Shown here one piece after another: positions 7,366 through 17,460 of a stretch of DNA of 32,000 nucleotides. The translations under genes were made by a program, and so were the position numbers. The notes below the pieces were generated by a model. That model saw only the letters and a list, made by a program, of their open reading frames with translations. It was not told the DNA's origin and did no database searches. Source of the stretch: Holophaga sp. (GTDB taxonomy: Bacteria > Acidobacteriota > Holophagae > Holophagales > Holophagaceae); NCBI GenBank assembly GCA_049508835.1, contig JBELAL010000004.1, forward strand, positions 129,420-161,419, given 5' to 3'. The first letter of the stretch is position 1, and each line of letters opens with the position of its first letter.

Positions 7366-7988
7366 TCTTTTATCTGGTTTCCCCGATATGATTTCGGACA
7401 CAAGTTCCCGATAGGCACTGTGTTCCGGGCACGCCTCCAGCCCTCGAGGCCAGCCGCCCCGGGGGCCCGCTCATCGGGGCTACCGGCTCGACCCGCCTCC
7501 CCTGGGGCCTGTCCGATCACGGTTCTCCAAAGATCAAGTCCCGACATTGGACTGCTGAAACTATAAAGATTAATATTTCCAGCGGTTGACCGTTTGTGCC
7601 CATGTCAAGGGGCGCGAGCCCCGGGAGCTGGGGCACAGTCTCCAGACGACTAGGTATCTTGAATGTACAAAGGGTCGGGTACGTCTGCAAGAAAAGATTA
7701 AACTTGACTTCATTACTCAACAATAAGTCATGTTACAGGAACTTGTCTGGTTATATGGATATACCTTCTGGACACCGATCCCGGTGAAATGAGAAACCAT
7801 GATCCTAAAAATGAAAAAACGGCATATTCCAGAAATCCAATGATCCGTGCAGCAAGCCTGGATTTCAATAAAATATAAAAATACAATAAATTCAGGCTCC
7901 CAAGGGCGGAATAACCCGATGGTTTTGTATTAATTCTTAGGAGTAAAAAATGATTGCTATAACAAGATGTCCCCAGGCCCCGACCCGG

Positions 7989-8447
7989 TCACTTGTGGTA
8001 CGGGGTCCCCTTGAGGATGGAGCAGGCCCGGTACAGCTGCTCCAGGAACAGCACCCGGCTCAGGTCGTGGGGGAAGGTCATGGGGCCCAGGCTCAGGTGG
8101 TCGCGCACCTCGGCCTTGAGGGCCGGGTCGAAGCCGTGGCTGGAGCCCACCACGAAGGCCAGGCTGTCCCCCCGGTCCATGCGCTCGCCCAGCCACCCGG
8201 CGAACGCTTCCGAACTGCGCCCGGGCCCGTCGGCGCTCAGCAGCACCGGGCACCGGGCGGCGAGCAGGTGGGGTCGCAGCCGCTCGGCTTCGTCCTTGAG
8301 CTGGCGCGGGGGCTCGCCGCGTCCTTCGGGCAGCTCCAGCACCGCCAGGCGGACGTAGGGCTTGAGCAGGCCCTGGTAGTGCTGCTCGAGCTCGCGCACC
8401 GCCGCCAGCTTGGGGCGGCCGAAGACGATGAGACGGATGGGGTACAT
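7989..8447 (-). CDS. rlmH: 23S rRNA (pseudouridine1915-N3)-methyltransferase RlmH (SPOUT family)
   Basis: 152 aa: MYPIRLIVFGRPK...FVVGSSHGFDPALKAEVRDHLSLGPMTFPHDLSRVLFLEQLYRACSILKGTPYHK. The length and the C-terminal ...EQ.YRA..I..G.PYHK signature match RlmH. Confidence 0.93.
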   Translation of the reverse strand: MYPIRLIVFGRPKLAAVRELEQHYQGLLKPYVRLAVLELPEGRGEPPRQLKDEAERLRPHLLAARCPVLLSADGPGRSSEAFAGWLGERMDRGDSLAFVVGSSHGFDPALKAEVRDHLSLGPMTFPHDLSRVLFLEQLYRACSILKGTPYHK

Positions 8448-8580
8448 GGGGTTGCGTTGGCTGGGGGGCTGGGTGCCGGCCCGCCCGGGAGGCGGAAGGC
8501 GCCGTGCTAGGCTTTCCGACCCGGACCCCCGGATAGGACAGGCAAGCCCGTTGGAATCATATCGTTTTCAGGAGCACGTG

Positions 8581-9867
8581 ATGCTTGAGAAGCCTTTCAA
8601 CCCGTTCACCATGGCCCAGATGCAGTTCGACACCGTGGCCGAGAAGCTGGGCCTGGACCCGGGCACCCGGGACCTGCTGCGCAACCCGTCCCGGGAGCTG
8701 CACTTCACCATCCCGGTGCGGATGGACGACGGGAGCACCCGGGTGTTCCGCGGGTTCCGGGTGCAGCACAGCGACGCCCGGGGCCCCGCCAAGGGCGGGG
8801 TCCGCTTCCACCCCCAGGAGACCATCGACACGGTGCGGGCGCTGGCCACCTGGATGACCTGGAAGACGGCGGTGGTGGACATCCCCCTGGGCGGGGGCAA
8901 GGGCGGGGTGATCTGCGACCCCCGGGAGCTTTCCGACCGCGAGCAGGAGCAGATCTGCCGCGGCTGGGTCCGCCAGGCGTCCAGGCTGGTGGGCCCCCTG
9001 CGGGACGTGCCGGCGCCGGACGTCATGACCCACGGCCAGCACATGCTCTGGATGCTGGACGAGTACGAGGCGATCCACGGAGGCCGCTACCCCGGCTTCA
9101 TCACCGGCAAGCCCGTGGGCATGGGCGGCTCCCTGGGCCGCACCGAGGCCACCGGCTACGGCGTCGTCTACACCGTGCGGGAGGCCATGAAGGAGCTGGG
9201 CATCCCCATCGAGGGCGCCACCGCGGCCATCCAGGGGGCCGGCAACGTGGCCCAGTACGCGCTGGACCAGTTCACGCGGTACGGGGGCAAGGTCATCGCC
9301 GTCTCCTGCTGGGACAACGACGACAAGGTCCCGTACACCTACCGCTGTCCCGACGGGATCGGGTTCGCCTCCCTCCAGGCCGCCATCGACAAGTACGGCA
9401 CCATCGCCCCGGACAAGGCCCGGGCCTGCGGCTGGGAGCGGCTGGACGGCGGCGCCTGGCTGGAGCAGGAAGCGACCGTCCTCATCCCCGCGGCCCAGGA
9501 GAACATGATCAACGCCGACAATGTGCACCAGATCAGGCCTTCGGTCCGGGTCATCGCCGAAGGGGCCAACGGCCCCACCACCCCCGAGGCGGACGCGGTC
9601 ATCCAGCGACAGGGCATCTCCCTGGTCCCGGACTTCCTGTGCAACGCCGGGGGCGTGACCTGCTCGTACTTCGAGCAGGTGCAAAGCAACATGAACTACT
9701 ACTGGGAGAAGGAAGAGGTGCTCACCAAGCTGGACCAGAAGATGACGGCGGGGTTCAAGGCCGTCTCCGCGCTGGCCCGGGACCGGGGCGTCCACATGCG
9801 GGATGCGGCCTACATGATCTCCATCAAGCGGGTGGCCGAGGCGTGCCACCTGCGGGGCTGGGTCTGA
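8581..9867 (+). CDS. gdh: Glutamate dehydrogenase (Glu/Leu/Phe/Val dehydrogenase family, about 428-aa short type)
   Basis: From ATG 8581 (AGGAG RBS at about 8571): MLEKPFNPFTMAQMQFD...FRGFRVQHSDARGPAKGGVRFHP...WMTWKTAVVDIPLGGGKGGV. The dinucleotide-binding motif is IQGAGNVA. The upstream part of track ORF 8410 is Arg/Gly-rich and I rejected it. Confidence 0.9.
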   Translation: MLEKPFNPFTMAQMQFDTVAEKLGLDPGTRDLLRNPSRELHFTIPVRMDDGSTRVFRGFRVQHSDARGPAKGGVRFHPQETIDTVRALATWMTWKTAVVDIPLGGGKGGVICDPRELSDREQEQICRGWVRQASRLVGPLRDVPAPDVMTHGQHMLWMLDEYEAIHGGRYPGFITGKPVGMGGSLGRTEATGYGVVYTVREAMKELGIPIEGATAAIQGAGNVAQYALDQFTRYGGKVIAVSCWDNDDKVPYTYRCPDGIGFASLQAAIDKYGTIAPDKARACGWERLDGGAWLEQEATVLIPAAQENMINADNVHQIRPSVRVIAEGANGPTTPEADAVIQRQGISLVPDFLCNAGGVTCSYFEQVQSNMNYYWEKEEVLTKLDQKMTAGFKAVSALARDRGVHMRDAAYMISIKRVAEACHLRGWV

Positions 9868-12599
9868 TGGCCTCCACCTTCGGCGATTCGCGCGAGCTGC
9901 GCACCATCGTCGAGATCGCCGCGATCCTCGCCCGGGAGGATCTCTCCATCCCCCAGATCCTCCAGGCGGTGGCAGAGACGCTGCCCCACGGGTTCAAGTA
10001 CGAGGAGGTGTGCCAGGCGCGCATCCACTTCTGGGGGGAATGCTTCGAGACCCGGGGCTTCACGCCCGGGCCCTGGACCCTGCGGGCGCCCATCCCGGTC
10101 CGGGGCGACACCCTGGGGGAAGTGGAGGTGGTCTACCTGGAGAACCGTTCCTCCCGCGCTCCGGCCAGCCCGTTCCACCTGGACCAGAAGAAGCTGGTTG
10201 ACCTCACCGCCCAGAAGCTGGGGCACCTGGCCGAGGAACGCCTGGCCCGGCGCGACGGTGGGCCCCGGCCGCCGCCGCCGGCGCCCGAGCGCAAGCCCGA
10301 GTGGCGGGCCATCCTGGACCTGCTGGGGGACATCGACCCGCCCATGCACCACCGGCTCATCCGCAGGCTCATGAACCACGCCACCAAGCTGGGGGTGCCC
10401 GGGGTGCAGAAGATGATCGCGCGGCTCGACCCAGCGCTCTACGCCCAGGGCGAGGCCTCCACCCACGGGTCCAACGCCCCGCTGCCCAAGCAGGACCTGG
10501 AAACCCTGCGCAAGACCTTCGTCGACATCCAGGATGTGGCCTCCGTGGTGTTCCCGGACGCCGACCTCGCCAGCCTGCTCAAGCAGTGGATGCGCCAGGA
10601 CCGGCTGGGCTACCTCGCCGTCGCCACCGAGAAGCGCGACATCCCCCTGGTGGAGGTCACCGAACTGGTGGACCGGTTCTGCCGGGAGACCTCCGGGGCG
10701 GACCTGACCGGCCTGTCCCTGCCGGACGACCAGAACGTGCGGGTGGCCCTGATCCGCCGTTTCCTCACCGAAAGCCTGAAGTTCATCGGCATCGCCAAGA
10801 ACCACCTCGCCATCGCCGACTTCCGCTCGATCCTGGCCCGGGTGGCCGGCCCGGCCCAGGGCAACGGCAAGCTGGGGGGCAAGGCGGCCGGGCTGATCCT
10901 GGCCCAGCGCATCCTGGAGCGGCGGGGCCGGGGCGATCCGCTCATCGAGGCGGTCCGCACCCCCCGGACCTGGCACATCACCTCCGACGGCATCTGGAAC
11001 TTCCTCCGCCACAACAGCCTGGAGGACCTCTGGAGCCTGAAGTTCTCCCCCCTGGAGGAGGTGCGCCAGGCTTTCCCGTACCTGGAGCAGGTGTTCAAGA
11101 ACTCCTTCTTCTCGCCGGAGATGCAGCAGCAGATCCAGTTCATCCTGGACGACCTGGGCGACGGGCCGATCATCGTGCGCTCCTCCAGCCTGCTGGAGGA
11201 CACCGAGGGCATGGCCTTCTCCGGCAAGTACCGCAGCCTGTTCCTGGCCAACACCGGCTCCCGGGAGGACCGCCTGGAGGCGCTCCTGGATGCGGTGGCC
11301 GAGGTCTACGCCTCGGTGTTCGGGCCGGATCCCATCGGCTACCGGGCCGAGCGGGGCCTGCTGGATTTCGTGGAGGAGATGGGCATCATCATCCAGAAGG
11401 TGGTTGGGCGGCAGGTGGGGCGGTACTTCTTCCCCGCCTTCGCGGGGGTGGCGTTCAGCCACAACGAGTTCCGCTGGTCGTCCCGCCTGCGGCGGGAGGA
11501 CGGCATCGTCCGCATGGTGACCGGGCTGGGCACCCGGGCCGTGGACCGCGTGGGCCGCGACTTCCCGTTCATGTTCAGCCCCGGCCAGCCCAGCCTGCGG
11601 GTCAACGTCACCCCCGAGCAGGTGCGGCACTATGCCCAGAACGCCATGGACGTCATCGACCTGGAGAGCGGGCGGTTCGAGAGCCTGGAGGTGGCGGAGG
11701 TGCTGAAGCGGGCCGGAGACGCCTTCCCCATGCTGGAGCAGGTGGTCTCGGTGCTGGAGGACGGCATCCTGAAGAAGCCCCTCAAGGGCATGCTCCGGCC
11801 CGGAGAGGACGACCTGCTGGTGACCTTCTCGGGGCTGCTGGAGCGCACCCCGTTCGTGGCCCAGGTGCGCGCCATGCTGGCCATCCTCCAGGACGAGCTG
11901 AGCCTGGCGGTGGACCTGGAGTTCGCCCACGACGGGGAGCACCTGTACCTGCTCCAGTGCCGGCCCCAGAGCCGCCTGGCCGACGAAGGCCGCCCGGCCA
12001 TGCCCAGCAAGCTGGAATTCGGCCACAAGCTGTTTTCCGCCAGCAAGTACGTCACCAACGGGCGGGTCGGGGACATCCGCTACGTGGTCTACGTGGATCC
12101 GGAGGAGTACCGGCGGATCCCGGACCTGGCCGACCTGCTGGCCATCGCCGACTGCGTGGCCCGCCTCAACCAGGCCCTGCCCCGGCGCAGGTTCATCCTC
12201 ATGGGGCCCGGCCGCTGGGGCAGCCGGGGCGACCCCACCCTCGGGGTGGGGATAACTTATTCAGGAATCAACAACACCGCCCTGCTGGTGGAGATCGCCC
12301 GGAAAAGGGGGGGCTTCGTGCCGGACCTCTCCTTCGGGACCCATTTCTTCCAGGACCTGGTGGAGGCGCAGATCCACTACCTGGCCCTGTACCCCGACGA
12401 AGAAGGCAACCTGTTCAATGAAGGCTTCTTCCGGGACAGCCCGAACAGCCTGGGCGGACTGCTGCCGGAGCACGCCCGCCTGGAGCGGGCGGTGCGGGTC
12501 ATCGACGTGGAGCAGGTGTTCCCCGGGTGCGACCTCAACGTGGTCATGGACGCGGAGACGGACCGGGCCCTGGGCTACATCCGGGAGCGCCGCCCTTGA
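9867..12599 (+). CDS. GAF-like sensor plus PEP/pyruvate-binding (PPDK_N ATP-grasp) domain protein with an unusual C-terminal GPGRWGS/GTHFF module (910 aa)
   Basis: The ATG at 9867 overlaps the gdh stop (TGATG, 9865-9869). The N-terminus (IVEIAAILAREDLSIPQILQAV...GEVEVVYLE) is GAF-like. The core carries GNGKLGGKAAGL, IIVRSSSLLEDTEGMAFSGKYRSLF and EFAHDGEHLYLLQCRPQS, which are the hallmark motifs of the nucleotide-binding domain of PEP synthase and PPDK. I saw no canonical GG.TSHAA phosphohistidine motif and no PEP-utilizer TIM-barrel motif. Confidence 0.85.
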   Translation: MASTFGDSRELRTIVEIAAILAREDLSIPQILQAVAETLPHGFKYEEVCQARIHFWGECFETRGFTPGPWTLRAPIPVRGDTLGEVEVVYLENRSSRAPASPFHLDQKKLVDLTAQKLGHLAEERLARRDGGPRPPPPAPERKPEWRAILDLLGDIDPPMHHRLIRRLMNHATKLGVPGVQKMIARLDPALYAQGEASTHGSNAPLPKQDLETLRKTFVDIQDVASVVFPDADLASLLKQWMRQDRLGYLAVATEKRDIPLVEVTELVDRFCRETSGADLTGLSLPDDQNVRVALIRRFLTESLKFIGIAKNHLAIADFRSILARVAGPAQGNGKLGGKAAGLILAQRILERRGRGDPLIEAVRTPRTWHITSDGIWNFLRHNSLEDLWSLKFSPLEEVRQAFPYLEQVFKNSFFSPEMQQQIQFILDDLGDGPIIVRSSSLLEDTEGMAFSGKYRSLFLANTGSREDRLEALLDAVAEVYASVFGPDPIGYRAERGLLDFVEEMGIIIQKVVGRQVGRYFFPAFAGVAFSHNEFRWSSRLRREDGIVRMVTGLGTRAVDRVGRDFPFMFSPGQPSLRVNVTPEQVRHYAQNAMDVIDLESGRFESLEVAEVLKRAGDAFPMLEQVVSVLEDGILKKPLKGMLRPGEDDLLVTFSGLLERTPFVAQVRAMLAILQDELSLAVDLEFAHDGEHLYLLQCRPQSRLADEGRPAMPSKLEFGHKLFSASKYVTNGRVGDIRYVVYVDPEEYRRIPDLADLLAIADCVARLNQALPRRRFILMGPGRWGSRGDPTLGVGITYSGINNTALLVEIARKRGGFVPDLSFGTHFFQDLVEAQIHYLALYPDEEGNLFNEGFFRDSPNSLGGLLPEHARLERAVRVIDVEQVFPGCDLNVVMDAETDRALGYIRERRP

Positions 12600-12888
12600 G
12601 AATCCCAAGCCCCGGGTCAGGAAGTTCAAGCTCATCAATTAGGTAGGACGGACCCGTTGCCGGCGGTCTGTGCAGGCGGCCCCGGAAAGGCGCTGGCTGT
12701 GCAACAAGTCACGACTTACCTCGGCATCCCCTTGTTTGATGTATGCCCCGTTAGAATCCTTCATGCAAGAGTTGTCGCAGCATTTGGGCCGGGGATGACC
12801 ATGGATCGGGCGCTCGGCTTTTTCGAATAATTCATCCGCCCGCTCGGCGGTCTTTAGTGCATCTACCCAATCTCCCTCCGGAGGCATC

Positions 12889-14238
<1,350 letters not shown>

Positions 14239-14260
14239 CGTCGGGTTCCAGCGTTTCGGC

Positions 14261-14292
14261 AAGGAGGGGCCTTCGGGTCCCTCCTTCGTTTT
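14261..14292 (+). terminator. Rho-independent terminator after gdhA
   Basis: AAGGAGGGGCC-UUCG-GGUCCCUCCUU forms an 11-bp stem with one G.U pair and a UUCG tetraloop. It is followed by CGUUUU and starts 23 nt after the gdhA stop. Confidence 0.6.
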
Positions 14293-14442
14293 GGGGGAGC
14301 GCCCGTAACGCCGCGGCTAGGCCCGTGTCCCGTCCTTCCGCGCCGACCCACACCAGGTCCCCCGGAATGGGACGGCGCGAAGGGAGGTACGACGGGCGAT
14401 TCAAGTATGGCTAGACTGGATGCTCCACCGGAGGACGGGGTC

Positions 14443-17400
14443 ATGATCAGCCGAGAGATTCAGGAGATCTTCCGGAAGTACCGGTCGGACAAGGAGATAT
14501 TCCATAGCCTGATGCCGCTGCGGACCCGGGAGATTTTGCTGGTGGCGCCGGTGTACGATGCGTTCACCCTGGAGCAGGATGGGCTGCTCACGGAGCTGCT
14601 GTTCGAGAGCTACTACCAGCTCAACATGAGCAACCCGCCCCGGGTGACCAACTGCTCCACGGCCGAGGCGGCCCTGGAGCAGTTCGCCATCCGCCCGTTC
14701 GACCTGGTGATCGTCATGAGCCGCCTGGGCCAGGCGGGCCACGTGGAGCTGGCGCGGCAGCTGCGGGCGGCCAACGCCAAGGTGCCCATCTACCTCCTGC
14801 TCAACGACAACGTGGAGGTGGGGATCATGGACCGGCGCCGGCAGGAGTTCCTGCGCCACTACGACCAGATCTTCGTGTGGAACGGCAACCCGGACATCTT
14901 CATGGCCATGGTCAAGTACCTGGAGGACCGGGCCAACGTGCGCAACGACACGCGCATCGGCCTGACCCGGGTGATCCTCCTGGTGGAGGACAGCATCCGC
15001 TACTACTCCCGCTACCTGCCCATCCTGTACGGGGAGATCCTGAAGCAGACCCTGCGCCTGGCCAAGGAGCGCGCCATCGGCGGCATGGCCCGCAGCCTGG
15101 CCATGCGGGTGCGGCCCAAGGTGATCCTGGTGTCCACCTTTGAAGAGGCGATGAGCTTCGTCCAGGAGTACCGGGACTACCTGCTGTGCGTCATCTCCGA
15201 CCGCAAGTTCCCCAAGGACGGGATGGTGGACCGGGAAGCCGGCATCAAGCTGATCCAGGCGGTCAAGGCCATGAGCCCCGACCTGCCGACCATGCTCCAG
15301 TCCTCGGACCCTGACAAGGAGGCCTGGGCCACGGCCCTGAACAGCTGCTTCCTGAACAAGAACTCCTTCACCCTCGGGGCGGAGCTCTCCAGCTTCTTCT
15401 ACCAGTACCTGGGCTTCGGGGACTTCATCTTCCGCGACCAGGCCGGCGGGGAGATCGCCCGGGCGGTGCGCATGGAGGACCTGAATGAGAAGCTCCAGAC
15501 CGTGCCCCTGGAGTCCCTGCTCTACCACGCCTCCCGCAACCACTTCTCGGCCTGGCTGATGGCCCGGGGCGAGGTGGAGATCGCCCAGGTGGTGCTGCGG
15601 GTCAAGCCGTCGGACTTCGCCGACCTGGAGGAACTGCGCACCTTCCTCATCAACATGGGCGACTACATCCAGCGCCTGAAGTCCCGGGGCAGGGTGATGC
15701 CCTTCAGCGCCGCCTCCGCCCAGGAGGAGCACAATGTGCTGCGGCTCACCGAGGGCGCCTTGGGGGGGAAGGCCCGGGGGGTGGCCTTCATCAATTCCCT
15801 GCTGGTGGGCCTGGACCTGGAGCAGCTGTTCCCCGAGGCCAACGTCCGCATCCCGCGCAGCTTCGTCATCGGCACGGACGAGTACGCCGCCTTCATGGAG
15901 CGCAACGGGATGCGCGCCCTGCTCCAGGGCGAGGAGGACGACAACGCCATCAAGCGCCGGTTCCTGATGGGCAGCCTCTCCCCGGACCTGGCCCGGAAGC
16001 TGGAGGCCTTCCTCCGCCAGGCCCGCTACCCCCTGGCCGTGCGTTCCTCGGGGCTCCTGGAAGACAGCCTGTCCCACCCCTTCGCCGGGCTGTACGCGAC
16101 CTTCTTCCTGCCCAACAACCACCCCGAGCCGGACGTGCGCGCCGCCCAGCTCACCGAGGCCATCAAGCTGGTCTACGCCTCGGTGTACGCCAAGGAGTCC
16201 CGCTCCTACTTCCAGGCCATCGACTACAAGGTGGAGGAGGAGCAGATGGCCATCCTCATCCAGGAGGTGGCGGGGCACCGGTTCGGGGACCACTTCTACC
16301 CGCACATCGCCGGGGTGGCCCAGTCCTTCAACTACTACCCGGTGGCCTACACCCGGCCCCAGGATGGCATCGCCAACATCGCGGTGGGCCTTGGCAGCTA
16401 CGTGGTGGGCGGAGGCCGGGCCTTCCGGTTCACCCCCCCCTACCCCCGGATGGACATCCTGAACCCCAGGGAGCAGCTGCGCAACACCCAGAAGTTCTTC
16501 TGCGCCCTGGACATGAGCCGGAACACCGTGGACCTGTTCAACGGCGAGGACGCCACCCTGCTAAACCTGGACATCAAGGAGGCGGAGCGGGCCGGCGCGC
16601 TGGCCCATTGCGCCTCGGTCTGGGACGCCAACGACGAGCGCATCCAGGACAGCCTGGACTGGCCCGGGGCGCGGATCGTGAACTTCCGCGACGTGCTCAA
16701 GTACGACTGCTTCCCCCTGGCGGGGATCCTGGACAAGCTGCTGGAGCTGATCCGCGACGCCATGGAGACCCCGGTGGAGGTCGAGTTCGCGGTGAACCTG
16801 GACCCGGACCCGGTCAACGGCAAGCCCACCTTCTTCCTCCTGCAGATCAAGCACCAGCTCCTGGATTCGGCGGAAGTGAACCTGTCCCCGGAGGACCTTG
16901 ATCCCGGGTCCCTGTTCCTGTTCTCGGAGAAGTGCGTGGGCAACGGGGTCGTGGAGGGCCTGCGGGACATCGTCTGGATCGACCCCGAGAACTTCAACCT
17001 GTTCAACACCGTCGACCTGGCGGCGCGGGTGGAGCGCCTGAACGACCAGTTCCGGGCCGAGGGCGGCAAGTACCTCCTCATCGGCCCCGGGCGCTGGGGC
17101 AGCAACGACGTCCACCTGGGGATCCCCATCGGCTGGGCCATGATCTCCTGCGCCCAGGCGATCGTGGAATACGCCACCGAGGCCTTCCAGGTGGACGCCT
17201 CCCTGGGCTCCCACTTCTTCCACAACGTCACTTCGCTCAACATCGGCTACTTCACCATCCCCTACCCCCGGGGAAACAGCGTCCTGGACTTCGACTGGCT
17301 GCGGGCGCAGCCCCTGGTCCGCCGCGACGGGTGCCTGGTGCACAGCCGGGTGGAGGCGCCCATCCACATCGTCATGGACGGCCGCCGCAGCGCCTCGGCG

Positions 17401-17460
17401 GTGTTCAAGCAGGCGCCGGCCGCCAGGCCCGCCGAGCCGGAGCCGGACGGCCACAGCTGA
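14443..17460 (+). CDS. Tandem receiver-domain plus PEP/pyruvate-binding (PPDK_N ATP-grasp) protein, paralog of 9867-12599 (about 1005 aa; the longest ORF starts at 14407)
   Basis: I prefer the ATG at 14443 because a GGAGGA RBS lies 7 nt upstream. The track start at 14407 has no well-spaced RBS. There are two receiver-like segments (REILLVAPVYD...FDLVIVMSRL and RVILLVEDSIRYY...LLCVISDRKFPKDG...LPTMLQSSD). The core carries GGKARGVAF, LAVRSSGLLEDSLSHPFAGLYATFF and FFLLQIKHQ. The C-terminus carries LLIGPGRWGSND...LGSHFFHNV, matching the C-terminus of the 910-aa paralog. Confidence 0.85.
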   Translation: MISREIQEIFRKYRSDKEIFHSLMPLRTREILLVAPVYDAFTLEQDGLLTELLFESYYQLNMSNPPRVTNCSTAEAALEQFAIRPFDLVIVMSRLGQAGHVELARQLRAANAKVPIYLLLNDNVEVGIMDRRRQEFLRHYDQIFVWNGNPDIFMAMVKYLEDRANVRNDTRIGLTRVILLVEDSIRYYSRYLPILYGEILKQTLRLAKERAIGGMARSLAMRVRPKVILVSTFEEAMSFVQEYRDYLLCVISDRKFPKDGMVDREAGIKLIQAVKAMSPDLPTMLQSSDPDKEAWATALNSCFLNKNSFTLGAELSSFFYQYLGFGDFIFRDQAGGEIARAVRMEDLNEKLQTVPLESLLYHASRNHFSAWLMARGEVEIAQVVLRVKPSDFADLEELRTFLINMGDYIQRLKSRGRVMPFSAASAQEEHNVLRLTEGALGGKARGVAFINSLLVGLDLEQLFPEANVRIPRSFVIGTDEYAAFMERNGMRALLQGEEDDNAIKRRFLMGSLSPDLARKLEAFLRQARYPLAVRSSGLLEDSLSHPFAGLYATFFLPNNHPEPDVRAAQLTEAIKLVYASVYAKESRSYFQAIDYKVEEEQMAILIQEVAGHRFGDHFYPHIAGVAQSFNYYPVAYTRPQDGIANIAVGLGSYVVGGGRAFRFTPPYPRMDILNPREQLRNTQKFFCALDMSRNTVDLFNGEDATLLNLDIKEAERAGALAHCASVWDANDERIQDSLDWPGARIVNFRDVLKYDCFPLAGILDKLLELIRDAMETPVEVEFAVNLDPDPVNGKPTFFLLQIKHQLLDSAEVNLSPEDLDPGSLFLFSEKCVGNGVVEGLRDIVWIDPENFNLFNTVDLAARVERLNDQFRAEGGKYLLIGPGRWGSNDVHLGIPIGWAMISCAQAIVEYATEAFQVDASLGSHFFHNVTSLNIGYFTIPYPRGNSVLDFDWLRAQPLVRRDGCLVHSRVEAPIHIVMDGRRSASAVFKQAPAARPAEPEPDGHS

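Noticed and set aside
7362-7800. Small ORFs in the AT-rich intergenic island: 7362-7547 (-), 7517-7723 (-), 7596-7787 (+), a 27-aa minus-strand ORF starting at 7800 (MVSHFTGIGVQKVYPYNQTSSCNMTYC), and a 14-aa plus-strand ORF starting at 7799
   Set aside because: They lack a convincing RBS at correct spacing. They have no motifs, and their codon usage is unlike the rest of the window. They are expected by chance in AT-rich DNA. They are kept only as a note under the regulatory-region finding, since the region could hold an sRNA or micropeptide.
7950-8510. 186-aa plus-strand ORF with a good-looking AGGAG-N7-ATG start at 7950
   Set aside because: Apart from its first 13 or so codons, it runs antisense through rlmH. 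It translates to Gly/Ala/Pro/Gln-rich low-complexity sequence. The rlmH frame has a clear SPOUT methyltransferase signature. The RBS-like sequence is probably fortuitous in AT-rich DNA.
8410-8580. Upstream extensions of real genes in the ORF track: 8410 for gdh, 9639 for the GAF-PPDK_N gene, 18444 for uppP, 21906 for the ATPase, 21954 for the hydrolase, 25252 for fic, 27674 for the lipoprotein, 27412 for moxR and 7251 for the barrel
   Set aside because: The extensions are low-complexity, or they run through promoter or palindrome DNA. Internal starts have proper RBS spacing and give N-termini matching the respective families (signal peptides, family-typical first residues).
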